Shown here in pieces: positions 26,606 through 38,874 of a stretch of 64,000 bases of DNA. A program made the translations under genes and the position numbers. Location: the NCBI RefSeq assembly GCF_016433145.1, contig NC_058130.1, forward strand, positions 333,668,577 through 333,732,576. Reading direction: 5' to 3'. The notes under the pieces are model-generated. The model had not been told where the DNA came from. It ran no database searches and saw only the letters and a program-made list of their open reading frames with translations. How positions within the stretch are numbered: position 1 is the first letter of the stretch; every line of letters begins with the position of its first letter. Source of the DNA: Gracilinanus agilis. Taxonomy: Eukaryota.

Positions 26606-27101
26606 GGGGGCAGCTAGGTGGTTCAGTGGATTGAGAGCCAGGCCTAGAAATAGGAGGTCCTAGGTGTATTGTTGGAAATTTTGAGGTCTTTGAACTACAT
26701 TTCCCATGAGTCCACTGGCCTCTCTGTCACTACACAATGACTAGACAGGAGGGTAAGATTGAGGGGCTGGGGTTCTTCCTCTTTACTTCTTATCATGGCA
26801 TGGTGAAAGCTGGGAACAGTGGGGCTTTTAAACAGCTTAAGCTAGCATGGCACATGACTTTATTTTCTAGTGGCTACTAATAAGTCTTAAAAAACTATAA
26901 CATTTTTAAAGTTATCATTATATATTAATTTTATTTTTTACAGAGGTTCAAATCTGGCTTCAGACACTTCCTAGCTGAGTAACCCTGGGCAAGTCACTTG
27001 ACCCCCATTGCCAAGCCCTTAACCACTCTTGTGCCTTGGAACGAATACAGAGTACTGATTCCAAAAAGGGGAGGTAAGGGTTATAAAAAACAAAACAAAA
27101 C
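26606..27101 (+). mobile_element. SINE1-type copy interrupted by a solo LTR
   Basis: Perfect 13-bp TSD aaactacattctt; body split at cctagg|ttcaaat. Confidence 0.85.
26665..26942. mobile_element. Putative solo ERV LTR (278 bp)
   Basis: TG...CA termini; 4-bp TSD tagg/gagg; contains aactacatttccca. Confidence 0.7.
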
Positions 27102-27464
27102 AAACTACATTCTTTCCTAATACATTAAATCCAAATTTCTCTACCTAATTTTTCAAGACCCTCCATAATCTTAGTACATTATTTCCATCCTATGCCTACA
27201 ACCTGTATCATCTTGGGCAAATCACTTAACTTCCCTAGGCCTCAGTTTCCTCACCTATAAAATGAGGGTTTATACTTTAGATCTCTGGAGTAACATCCAG
27301 CTCTAGATCTAGGAGCCTATGTTTTAATTCAACAACTACTTATTAAATGCCCATGTTTTTATAAATGTAGACCCTGAACACCATTCCCCAACATAGACTA
27401 GAGTAAGGTGAATCTCTTCATTGTCTTTTTATAACATAGTATGCTGAATTTAAATTACAACCTA

Positions 27465-27632
<168 letters not shown>

Positions 27633-28958
27633 TTATTCAACAGGGAAAAATAAGACATAATACCACATTCCTAGGCATCATATATTTTAGGCTGGAAGAG
27701 ACTCTGAAGATCATCTAGTTCCTACTCCTCTATAGAAATAAGTAAACACTCAAGAGAAAAGAAGGGACTTGCTCAAGATCACAAAGACACCCAATGGCAG
27801 AACTTGGATTCAAATCCAAGTATTATGATTCAAAATTCAGCCCTCTTCCCAAGCTGCATGCTGTCAAACACTTATTGGTCAATTGCTAAAATACTGTCTT
27901 TTTCTGAAGCAAGGTCTGTGGGATCTATAGATAATCTGAGGCACCTCTCATATACTATTTTCAGACCTGTTGTTTCTGTAAACAGAATGCAGTTATTTAC
28001 CCTTATGGAGAAATTGTTATAAATGCCCCTGATTACTATTTTTACTTTTTGACCCTGACAGCTTAATGAGGGTATCAAAGCTAACAGGTCAACATATTAT
28101 CCAATATCATGCCACTTTCCTTCTCAGGGCCTTAGTTTCCTCATCTGCAAATGAGACTGGCCTGGAATATCTCCAACATCCTCTTCCAGCTCTGACATTC
28201 CACTAGTTTGTTAACTTCTGACATACCCCCAAATTTAAATAAGATATATATTTTTTCATTTATGCAGATAATGCAAATATTTAATGCATTTATGAATACA
28301 AAACTTTAACTCGATAATGAACTAATCAGGAATGTTATCTTTAAAAATATCTGTTCTATATGACTGTACAATTAATGTGAGCTGAGAACAGGAATTCTGA
28401 ACAGGCTGAAAGTAGAAGCCTTTAAAAGGCAATGGCACCTGGAGGATAAACTAACCACTCAACAGCCACCCGATGAAGCTCTTAATGATCTAGTGGTTGA
28501 TCCAAGCCATTTGCTGGGGACCACCATGTTCTTCTTAAACCTCAAACGACCGCATTTAATATGATCCAGGTCCGGGTTGACAGATAAGAGAACCGAAAGT
28601 GAAAACTCAAGGGTTCTAGTCCCGTCCGAGCCTGAGTTGAGCAAGTCGTTTCCATGCACTAATGAGGAGGCCCCATATACCTCCCGACCTCAGTTTCCCC
28701 GTGTGTAAATCTAGACTAGAGCAGCTTATTTCCCGCGAAGCCCGGAACGGGCGCTTTGCCCCCCCCCCGCCCCCAATCCAGCGTGGGAAGGTGGGGGTTA
28801 AAGCAAGGAGGCCTTGGACTGACCAACCGAATTAACGTCCCTCGCCCTGACCAACCCCACCCCCAGACAAAGCCCCTGGAAACCGGCACGACCAACTCCC
28901 GAGAAAAGACCTCCTCCAGCCCCGGCCGCCCGCCCGCCACCCAAGCCGCAGCCCTGAC

Positions 28959-28986
28959 CCGTGAGCAGGATGTTGGGCAGCCTCAT
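28959..28986 (-). CDS. AK6: AK6 coding exon 1: MRLPNILLT(G)
   Basis: ATG at 28986 in strong context (gaccATGa), donor G|GTCAGG; matches human MLLPNILLTG. Confidence 0.93.
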
Positions 28987-29299
28987 GGTCGCGGTGGCGC
29001 CGGCTCCGCCCCGGCCGCCTGCTCGCACTCCACGCGGGAGCAGCAGGCAGAGGGGGCCAGGCAGGAGCCGAGAGGGCGGGCCCGGGGTCCTCGAACTTCT
29101 GCTCGGCGCACACTCCGGGCCTCATCGCCTCGCTCCGCCCGCCTATTGGTGAGCAGCTCTTCTATGACAGCGCCTCCGAGCAAATCCAGACTGATGGGTC
29201 CCACGTTCCGCGCTCCGCCAGAGCAGGCAGTGCCCAAGACACCCCAGACGGCTGACTCCTTCTTCTCCCCCCTCCCCTCAGGCCCCGTCGCCTAGGCGC

Positions 29300-29467
29300 C
29301 AGCCGCCGTGGGAGGCCCCCCCTGCCGGGAGGCGGGGCCTCAGCCTCGGCTCCCAGTTGGGTCTTCCGAGTGCCGCTTGGCTGCCGCATCTGGACTCGGT
29401 TCGCCGCCGCAGCAACCTCCCCCGGAGAGGGGGGGGATGCCGCAGGATCACTGCCCTCTGCCAGCAG
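29300..29467 (+). other. RAD17: Candidate non-coding first exon of RAD17 (start approximate)
   Basis: Strong donor CAG|GTGAGG at 29467/29468 inside the island; TSS inferred. Confidence 0.45.
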
Positions 29468-30229
29468 GTGAGGCTGCCGCGAGCGGGAGAGGCTTGCCCG
29501 TCCCGCTGGCTGCCGATCTGGGCCCTTAGCCCGCGGCCCCAGGATGACTCGGAGTCGTTTCGCCGTCTGGCCGCGAGCAACCACTAACGCAGGGGGAGGA
29601 GTACGGAGGCCGGGAGGGAGCGAGCGGACGGGGGACGAGATCGCGAGCGACGTCCGGGGGGCCGGCAGGTTGACGGGGGAAGCTCCTCAACCCAGGTTTT
29701 TAAAAGGCTCCTGGGGTCCTCGTAACTAACGGGCGGACTGCCCGTTACTCTGCACGCCCCTAGAGTCTGAGCACACAGGAAGTTCCTTTTCTGCATATCC
29801 TCACAATGAGAACTGACTTGGACTGCGAGAGGTATTGAGCTCCCCATCATCCGGCCCTCTTGGCTAGGTGACCTCTTGTCGACGGAATCTTGTACGGGAT
29901 AATCCCGTTTCAAATAGCGGTTCGGTGACCTCTTTCCAGCCCTAAAAGTAGCGAGATCGAGGGTTTTGAAGTCAAGAAATTTAGTGTTTCGCTCCTACTT
30001 GAAAATGCCTTCAATTGATAGTTTTGCATGTTTATTTCCATTCCTCGGTTGGCTGATTTGTTTTGTTTTTAAGTCTGTGTGCTTCAAACACGACTGGGTT
30101 CAAGACTTGTAGGTCTTAAAATGCAAGCTTTGTGCATTCTTTCTGAGAGAAAAAAAAATCAGGTTTTCCCCAAGAAGCATGTTTTCAAATCTGGGAGAGC
30201 CAAATAATTTTTTTAAAAAGGGATGTGGG

Positions 30230-30620
30230 GGGGGGGGGTAGCTGGGTAGCTCAGTGGAGTGAGAGTCAGGCCTAGAGACCGGAGGTCCTAGGTTCAAACC
30301 CGGCCTCAGCCACTTCCCAGCTGTGTGACCCTGGGCAAGTCACTTGACCCCCATTACCAATCTTCCACCTATGAGACAATACACCGAAGTACAAGGGTTT
30401 AAAAAAAAAAATTAAAAAAAAAAAAAAAAAGGGATGTGGGCGGGGGGCAGCTGGGTTGCTCAGTAAATTGAGAGACCGGAGTTCAAATGTGGCCTCAAGC
30501 TCTTCCTAGCTGTATGGCCATGGCAAGTCACTTAACCTTCATTGCCTAGCCCTTAACCACACTCTGCTTTAGAACCAATACATAGTATTGATTCTAAGAC
30601 AGAAGGTAAAGATTTTTTTA
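30230..30620 (+). mobile_element. Young SINE (30230-30425) inserted directly ahead of an older SINE (30441-30620)
   Basis: TSD aaaaagggatgtggg flanks the first copy. Confidence 0.85.
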
Positions 30621-30849
30621 AAAACCGGCTCTGTGGACAACTTAAACTCTTTTGTTCAGAAGTAATATGTTCCATTTTATTGGCTTTTATGTTTCAGGAA
30701 ACCAAGCACTTTTATTCTGATTTGAAATAATACTTTGAAATTTTAATTTTAGGATGCCACAAATGGGAACTGCCCCTTTTTTTCTTCCATACACTTGAAT
30801 TTATGCAGGCACTCTAAGTATTTCTTGTATACAGTAGGTATATCCTATT

Positions 30850-31265
30850 TTGTTGTTGTTCAGTTCTGTACATCTCAGGACCCCATGGACCATACCACAT
30901 CAGGCCCTTCAACCATCCTCTATCTGAAATCCCTTCCTTCAATGGCACTACCTTTCCATCTTATCCTCCACTGTCCCCTTTTCTTTTTGTCTTCAATCTA
31001 TTCCAACATCAGGGTCTTTTCCAATGAATCCTGCCTTCTCATTAAGTGGCCAAAGTATTTAAGATTCAGCTAAGTAGCTTGAATTAGTTTTAAGTATCAA
31101 CTGATTTAATCTCCTTGCTTTCTAAGGGACTCTCAAAAGTCTCTAGCACCACGGTTCTAGCATTGATTCTGTAGCACTCAGCTTTCCTGACAGGCCGACT
31201 CTGACTTATAAAGACATTCTATTTACAGTGTAAGAAAAGCCACACATGAATCAGTTGTGACAGCT
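30850..31265 (-). mobile_element. BovB-like RTE LINE 3' fragment
   Basis: catcagggtctttt...ccaatga, gtggccaaagtat and aagggactctcaa match the recalled BovB consensus; ttgttgttgttcag tail. Confidence 0.7.
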
Positions 31266-31832
31266 TCATTTGATAATAAAATTTTTGGAATAGATTTCTA
31301 AAAAAATACTTCTTCCCTCAATTATATTATTTGCAAATAATAACTGCTAGCATTTATATCACTAATTTGCCAAGGTTTTTGTGCTTGTTCTCATTTGATT
31401 CTAACAATTTTATGAAGTAGATATTATCCCTGTTTACAAATGAGAATAAGTTACTTAAACCAAGACCATTCAGGTGTTTGAGACTATTTGAACTAGCATC
31501 TTCCTAACTCCCAAGTCTCTGCTGAACTACCCCTTTCTTAATCTTAGGTAGAACTTTAAAGTTTACAAAACAATTTTAATCCATTCTCTCTTTTAAGCCC
31601 CCTGTGAGGTAGACTTGCCCATGATCACACATCTAGAAAACAAATACATCAATACAATAAATATGTTTTTGAGTTATATCTTAATTATAATTTAATGTTT
31701 GTATTTATAATTTTCTTAATTTTGAAGGAAAGACAAAGACTTCTACAAATATATTTTCTTTCCATTTCAGGTGATTTATACTTTAATGTACTGCAGGTTC
31801 TGTACTACGGATGGGAACTATTAAGGTTTATA

Positions 31833-31874
31833 ATGTCAAAAACTTCTCTTAGACGAAAGGTAGCTTCCACAAAG
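31833..31874 (+). CDS. RAD17: RAD17 coding exon 1: MSKTSLRRKVASTK
   Basis: Acceptor at 31770, donor AAG|GTATGA; matches the human long-isoform start MSKTFLRPKVSSTK. Confidence 0.9.
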
Positions 31875-33107
31875 GTATGATGCATTATTGTTAATAACTG
31901 TAACTAGTTACAAATAAAGTAATATAGCAATGGCTGTTTTAGCTCATCTCACAAAGTATAGAAGTGGTTTAAAATGAGAACATGAATAGCTGAATTTGTG
32001 CTTAATCCTGTTGCCTTATTGTTCATGGTTATACAGCTTTAGGTTTTGAGTAACAAAGCAAGGATCAGAGAACAGAGGCAGAAATATTCAAGTTTCTAGT
32101 TATCTTTTGGGGTTTAGTGTTAGCTCCTAAATTTTCTGCCAACTCTCATTTTGAGTAAATAATTTACCTATTTCCTTTACAATGGAAATAAGAGTAACAC
32201 AATAAAAAGTCTGTATTCTTTGTGAATTAAGAGAATCAATAATAAAAATACTCATTAAAGGAAATTTGATTTATTCATTCCTTTTACCCAGCAATATAAA
32301 GTTCTGCATACAAGAGGCAAATAAGTATACAAATTATTCAGCGATGGCAAGGGTGCTGAATTTCAATAGATTTTTCTAGATTTATATTTTTGATAACTAG
32401 TAACTATTATGATTAGGATGTTAGAATAGCCATCTTAAAAATTTTACTTCTTGAAATAATCATTATGTTGGGTCTGCAAATTGAACTCTCTTAATTGGTG
32501 ATTTACAAGTGTTTGTTTATACATTTAATAATATTAACGAAAAAAGAAGTAAAGGAAGCAAATGTATACCATTAATTTTTGTCTTTGTATACTTAGCACA
32601 GTGCCTGGCACATAATAGGAGCTACTAAATGCCTGCTTAATTAATTATTGTGGCATTTCATTTATTAGGGATAAATCACAATTTCCCTTAAAACCTTACC
32701 TCTTATTTACTCAATATTAGGTGCTCATTACAGTGAAGAGGCAAATCAGGCTATAATTGCAAAATGGGTAAATTGGCAAATTTTTACTTGTTCACAAAAG
32801 TTTAAAAGTATTATAGCCACTTTGAAATGATACTCCTATAGTTAGTATGGTATCAACTACAGAATGTTGATTTACATTACCATTTTTGTTAGTTTGAATT
32901 TATATGCATAATATAAAAATGGTATAAATGCAAATTATAACTACCAAAACACCCACCCTGTTTCAAGTATTATGGATGAATATGTTGCAAGTCAGCATTT
33001 TAAGTTGTATAACTGTCAAAGTTCAAGAAACTTATATATTAGGGATGAGGAAGGGAGGGAGCAAAAATAGTTATACAATTTACATTGATTTTTTTTTTTC
33101 CCCCTAG

Positions 33108-33368
33108 ATAACCAACTGGGTAGAGCCTTCATTTGATGATTTTGTTGGGAACACAGACATTTCTTCTGCTCTTAAAACTGAATCTCTGGCAGTAAATAAT
33201 TTTCATCAGAGAAGAAAAGATTTGCCTTCCACATTAGAAAGTAGCAAATTTCTAGCCAGAAAAAAAGGAAAATCTTCTTCCTCAAAACAGATTAGTGTTG
33301 AAGCAAATTTAAATGAAAATATATCTGAAAATGAACCATGGGTAGACAAATACAAACCGGAAACTCAG
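33108..33368 (+). CDS. RAD17: RAD17 coding exon 2: ITNWVEPSFDDF...ENEPWVDKYKPETQ
   Basis: 261 nt, phase 0/0; RFC-like PWVDKYKP box. Confidence 0.96.
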
Positions 33369-34601
33369 GTACAAAATCATTTCAGTATTTTTAGGCAGCT
33401 AAATTTAGCCAGGAACTGAAAATGATACCAGTTGAAAAGATTATGAACATATTTTATGATTTAATTTTTAAAAATCTTTCTAAATTACTTACAATATTTA
33501 AGGGTTTTTCTTGTGTAATATTTTTTTCTTATAGTAAGGTCTCTATCCGTCCGTCCCCCCCCAAAAAAAATTTGTTATTCCTTATTATACATGTGCCTTA
33601 CTAGTTTTCATGAATTTAAGTTTAGCTCAAATAAGAAATTTATTCAATCTCTAAAAATAAAGAATTTTTCTCTTCCCCCACCTGACTGAATTTTCATTTT
33701 AATAATTCATTTATGATTAGTTGAAACAAAGTAAAAACCAATGCATTTCTGGTAGTAGTTTTTCTATTATACACTGTTTAAAGCATTATGATTTAATATC
33801 AGCAGATCAGTTGAAGCCATGAGCTCTGTGTGGTGGCATCTTCATATCCTCTTCATTCTATTTTCACAGGCTCATGAATGTTTTTATATTAAGAATTAAC
33901 TGACGTTGCTGAATCTATAGTAATTTTTAAAATCTTAAGTTGAACATTGAGTGTGCCCTATGTGTCTACAGTGGTCTCTTTGGATGAATTCTACTTTTCC
34001 TTTAGGATTGTTTGCCTTCGTGTTTTTAACTTCTCATTTTTGAGTCTCCTGTCCCTCTTAGGTAGACTTTCCCTAAATCAAAAATCCATGGGCTCTTATC
34101 TATCTTTCCTTTGAACTTTTTAAAATCTGTTTTTCAAAAATCTAGGGTGTACTTCAGACTATATCTGTTACCTTTTCATTATCACAAACTTAAGTTTAAA
34201 GGCTCTTTTCTCCCCCCAGATCCCATGGTTTCAGTCCAAACCAATAATTTCAGAAAAGAGCTTCTTTGTGTGGGTTTTACCTCTTGAAGGATGGAATTAT
34301 CACTAAGGAAAAACAAGTTATTAGTTGCTCTGCTTTTGTTAGAGAAAATTTCAACAAATGTCTAGATAACTGAAGTCCCTCCATCAATACTGTATCATTC
34401 CTCTTTGCCAGATGTGAATCTTCCTCACATTCCTCCTTTATTTTCCCCTCTCTGTCCCAGTTCGCTATAGTATGCTCCAATGATGAATACATTGTTTCTC
34501 TCTCTCCTTTGGCCTAAAAATATTCCCTACCTTGTTCTCCTATCTCTGGCTCCTGTATTTCCTCATATGAATATACCTTCTTTTTTAAAAAATGGCTTTA
34601 A

Positions 34602-35000
34602 GGGGGCAGGTATGTGACTCAGTGGATTGAGAACCAAGCCTAGAGACAGGGGATCTTAGGTTCAAATCTGGCCTCAGGCACTTCTAGCTGTGTGACCCTG
34701 GGCAGGTTACGTAACCCCCATTGCCTAGCCCAATGTTAGGCAAACTTTTTAAAGAGGGAGCCTAAGGAAAGCAAATGCTCATTGTTTCTAAGGTAACTCT
34801 TGAAGTTTCATTGTATTGTATCCTACTCATTGTATTCATCAGATTAGGAATAATGTCCACTGCCCTGATAGAACATTTCAGGGGGCAGCATCTGGCCTGA
34901 AGGCTGTAATTTGCCCATCACTGGCTTATCCCTTACCACTCTTCTGCCTTAGAGCTAACACACAATATTGATTCTAAGACAGAAGGTAAGGGTTTAAAAA
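34602..35000 (+). mobile_element. SINE1-type copy interrupted by a hAT MITE
   Basis: Body split at ttgcctagcc|cttaccact. Confidence 0.8.
34731..34923 (+). mobile_element. hAT MITE nested in a SINE
   Basis: Termini caatgttaggcaaact and aatttgcccatcactg; TSD gcctagcc/gcttatcc. Confidence 0.8.
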
Positions 35001-35044
35001 AACAGCTCTAAGTTTTAGTTACTCATTTAACAACTTTTTTTATT

Positions 35045-35430
35045 TTCTCTCCTTCCACTCTATCCAAGTCATTGGAGGAGAAAACCATCCCAAAAAAACC
35101 TTATAATGAATATGCAGAGTCAAACAAAACAAATTTCCACATCTATCATATCCAAAAATATATATCTCATTCTGCATCTTACCATTTCTCAAGGTTTTTG
35201 TAGCATTCTTAATCATTGCTATCATAGAATTGTGATTGGTTAGATCTGAGTTGTCTTTTCAAAATTATTTTCACATTGTTGTTATTGTATAAATTTTTCT
35301 ACTGGTTCTACTCATTTCATTCTGTATCAATTCATACAAGATTTTCCAGATTTTTCTGAAATTGTCTCTGATCATTTCTTATGGCAGAGTAATATTCCAT
35401 TACATTGATAATACCATAATTTGTTACAAG
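35045..35430 (-). mobile_element. Old L1 3' fragment
   Basis: ggttctactcatttcattctgtatcaattcatacaag...aatattccattacat. Confidence 0.7.
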
Positions 35431-35459
35431 TATACATACTCTTTGTGAGTATACTTTTT

Positions 35460-35830
35460 TTATTTAAATTCTTACCTTCTGTTTTAGTATCAATTCTAAA
35501 TCAGAAGAGTAGCAAGTGTTAGGCAATTGAAATTAATTGACTTTCCCACGGTCATACAGCTAGGAAGTACCTTGAGGACAGATTTGAACCTAGTTCCTCC
35601 TGACTCCAAAATTGGCATTCTATCCACTGTGCTACTAGGTGCCTTGTTCCTTTTTTAAAAAATTCTTACTTTCTCAATAACACTAAGAGAAAAGGGCAAG
35701 GGCTAGGCAGTTGGTGTTAAGTGACTTGCCCTGGGTCACACAGCTAGGAAATATCTGAGCCCCCATCTGAACCCAGGACCTTCTGACTTCAGGCCTGGCA
35801 CTCTGTCTACTATGCCAAGTAGCTGCCCTC
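35460..35830 (-). mobile_element. Two tandem SINEs, reverse orientation
   Basis: Two ...acagctaggaa...tgaacc... units. Confidence 0.8.
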
Positions 35831-36154
35831 TATGCCTTCTTAATACACAGTACTACCCTATCCCTAAACCTTTTTGCTATTGAATAAAGTATTCCCATTT
35901 AGACCCATAGTTTAGTCATTGGGTTTCATCTCACCAAGTCTCAGTGATACTAGATTGTTTACCTCCTTGAATCCTATAGAAACTCTATTTTCTTCTTCAT
36001 TTACCACAGTCTTAGGCATTTGTTAATAGAAACCTAAGACCATGAGTTTTACTACTGGTTCCTTTCTTGTATTTTTGTCTCCTGTGAATTTGTGGATGTC
36101 CTAACTCTATTTTTCTTTCTTCTGTGTGGCTACTCTATGTCTCTTATCTTAGAG

Positions 36155-36321
36155 CAGGGGTCAGCAACCTTTTTGGCCATGAGAGCCATAAACGCCACAT
36201 TTTTTAAAATGTGATTTTGTGAGAGCTGTACAGTGCTCACAATGTACACTCCTGTAACAGTGCCTGAAAAAAAATTGACTTTATGGCTCCTGCAGAAAGA
36301 GCCATACGTTGCCAACCCCTG
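36155..36321 (+). mobile_element. hAT MITE, OposCharlie/OC1-like termini
   Basis: caggggtcagcaac...gttgccaacccctg; TSD tcttagag/tcttaggg. Confidence 0.85.
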
Positions 36322-37014
36322 TCTTAGGGGATCTACATAAGCAGTCTTCTCCCTCTCCTGTCCCTTTTAATATCCTTTTGGTTAGATTTGTAAGATAATT
36401 TCTATGTGCATTCTTACTAGCCTTTCTTAGATGTACTTCTTTCTTTTAATTAACTAATTAATTTAGAATATTTTTCCATGGTTACATGATTCATATTCTT
36501 TCCTTCCCCCTCCCTTTTACCAAAACACCAACCAAATACCTTTTGATCATCTGTTTATTAATCAATTGAGGACTTTGTTTAAATTAATTTACTTGTTTGT
36601 TGGCTATATTAAAATTTCCAGGTATCTCCCTTCTTCCCTCCCTTCCATCCCCACATTAAAAAAGGCTTCATTTGATTTAAAAAATATATATGTATAAACT
36701 ATGTCTTGTGTTTCTATTCATCAGTTCTTGGTCATTTACAAGTTATTCTGCAAACATTAATTCTGTAGCTGTATATAATGTTCTCTTGGTTCTACTCATG
36801 TTGCTTTTCATAATTTGATTTAGGTCATTCCCTAGTGTTTTTTTTTAATTAACCTGTTCATTTAACTTTGAAGTGTTCGGTACATATACTACCTTCCTAG
36901 AATAGTTGTAAGGAAAGTGTAAAAACTTCAAGTACTATATCAAATGTGAGTTATTATTTATTTTAAATCAAAATAAATTTTAACTATTCTTAAAACTTTA
37001 ATCTTTCATGCTAG

Positions 37015-37098
37015 AATGAACTTGCTGTACATAAGAAGAAAATTGAAGAACTTGAAACCTGGTTAAAAGCTCATGTTTTTGAGTGGCAGCCAAAACAG
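37015..37098 (+). CDS. RAD17: RAD17 coding exon 3: NELAVHKKKIEELETWLKAHVFEWQPKQ
   Basis: 84 nt, AG/GT borders. Confidence 0.96.
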
Positions 37099-37459
37099 GT
37101 AATTATACATTCCTCATAATCTCACTTTTAAATGTTTTATAAATTATATACTGCTCTGCAGATTGTAGTGAGAATTTAAATATGTCTAGTTATTGGAGAA
37201 GAATAGGTTTTTTGGAGCTAGGGAATCAGTAAGAATTCACTAAGCGCTTACTTTGTCACAGGTCTCACCCACTGAGGCAAAAATAAAACAGTCCCTGCCC
37301 TCATGGAGTTTACATTCTATCTTGAGAAACCACATGTGTTGATAAGTGTATACAAAATAATTACAAAGTAATCTGGCATTGGAAGGCCCTAGGAGGTAGG
37401 AAAGTGGATTTGAGAGAGGGCAAGAAGGGATCAGGAAAGTTTCATATAGTAGGTGGCAT

Positions 37460-37540
37460 TTGTTGTTCAGTTGAATCCAACTTTTTGTGAACCCCATGGA
37501 CCATGCATGCCAGACCCTTCTAAACTCCACTATCTCTCAT
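37460..37540 (-). mobile_element. Short BovB-like RTE 3' end
   Basis: ttgttgttcag...gaccccatggacc, as in the 30850 copy. Confidence 0.5.
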
Positions 37541-37657
37541 AGCTGAGTTTTAGAATACAAAAAGGGATTCTAAGAGGTGGAAGTAAGAAGAGAGAGTGTT
37601 CCTGGTATGGGAGACAACCAATGTGGAGAAGGTATATAGACAGAGTATTATTTAAGA

Positions 37658-37855
37658 CTGGTGTCAAAACTCAAGTAGAAATGGATTCCTGTGGGCTGCA
37701 TAGTGACTTAGAAAACCACAAATTAATATTATCAATATTGTATTGCATCTTAATTTTATTTTATTAAATAAACATTTCCCAATTACATTTAAATTTTGTT
37801 TGGGCTGCATTTGGGAGTTTTGTGGGTCAGTCTTGGCCAAGTTTTGACACCTCTG
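37658..37855 (+). mobile_element. hAT MITE
   Basis: ggtgtcaaaac...ttttgacacctctg; TSD atttaaga/atataaga. Confidence 0.75.
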
Positions 37856-38663
37856 ATATAAGAAAAAGGTTAGTTTAGTTGGACTGAAAAGAACATGAAG
37901 GAATATAATATCTGATAAAGCAGCAGGTTGGGGTCATAGTGTGTGAAAGGTCTTAAAAGTCAAAGGAGCTTATATTTGATTTAGGGACAATAGAGAACTA
38001 TTAGCTTATTGTGTATCAGAATGACATGGTCTTTTTTTTTTTTTTGAGGTGGTGGATCTTTTTTTTTTTTATTTAGATTTTTTATTTTAATAACAAATTT
38101 CCACATAAATTTTCTGAAGTTATATAATCCATATTGTCTCCCTTCCTTCTTCTCTCCCTCCTCCCAGAGCTGACAAGCAATTCAGTCTAGGTTATACATG
38201 TATTATCACATTGGCTATGTGAACAGAAAGAATAGAATATATGTAAAAATATTGTACATGTGTGGTGAGGGAGAGTGAGGAATGGAGGAACTCCAAGGTT
38301 GCAAACCCAGGTGCATGAAATGATAGTCATTCCCGCAACAGAAATAAAATGAGTGGCCCAAGTTTAGGATCCTGAAGTTTCAGCATATATACAGTGATGG
38401 GTAATTTTCTGTCTGCTAGTAAACACACAAATTCCAAAGGCAAGAAATTAGGCATACCCTTTCATAATTCTTGACCTAGTTAATGGCACTTGTTCGTCTA
38501 GAAGTATCTATCTATTGAATGAGAGACACACAGGTAGTTCACTCCAAGCATGGAGATTCCCAGCCCTTGGTTATGTTGAAGACCTATTGTGAAGTTTTAG
38601 TGGAACTACATTGCAAGGAACGGATAAAAACGGGTGGGTGTTGGGGTGGGAAGTCTTATAGAG

Positions 38664-38866
38664 CAGTGATGATGAACCTTTTAGAGAGGTGGGTGATGTC
38701 CTCAGGTGCACATGGAGAGGGGGAGGGGAGCAGCCCAACCCCACATCCCTCTGACTTTCTAGTAACTAACTCTGGTGAACTCTGTGCTGGGGTGACAGCA
38801 GGCATACCCACAGAGAAGCCTCTGAGTGCTTTCTCTAGCACATGTGCCTTAGGTTCACCACCATGG
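38664..38866. mobile_element. hAT MITE A of a tandem pair
   Basis: TIRs cagtgatgatgaacct and aggttcaccaccatgg; ttatagag on both sides. Confidence 0.85.
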
Positions 38867-38874
38867 TTATAGAG

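Larger units (their letters stand above)
28700..29950. promoter_or_regulatory. Bidirectional CpG-island promoter of AK6 (-) and RAD17 (+)
   Basis: CpG-rich; E2F-like TTTCCCGC 28729-28736, GC boxes, CCAAT (attgg) 29145-29149. Confidence 0.85.

Noticed and set aside
28716-29913. Overlapping ORFs up to 179 aa in the AK6/RAD17 island
   Set aside because: Same GC artefact. Only the MRLPNILLT part is real (AK6 exon 1).
29812-29913. Minus-strand donor CAA|GTCAGT as an alternative coding first exon of AK6
   Set aside because: The frame with the required phase has no ATG before an upstream stop. It could only be non-coding, and there is no evidence of use.
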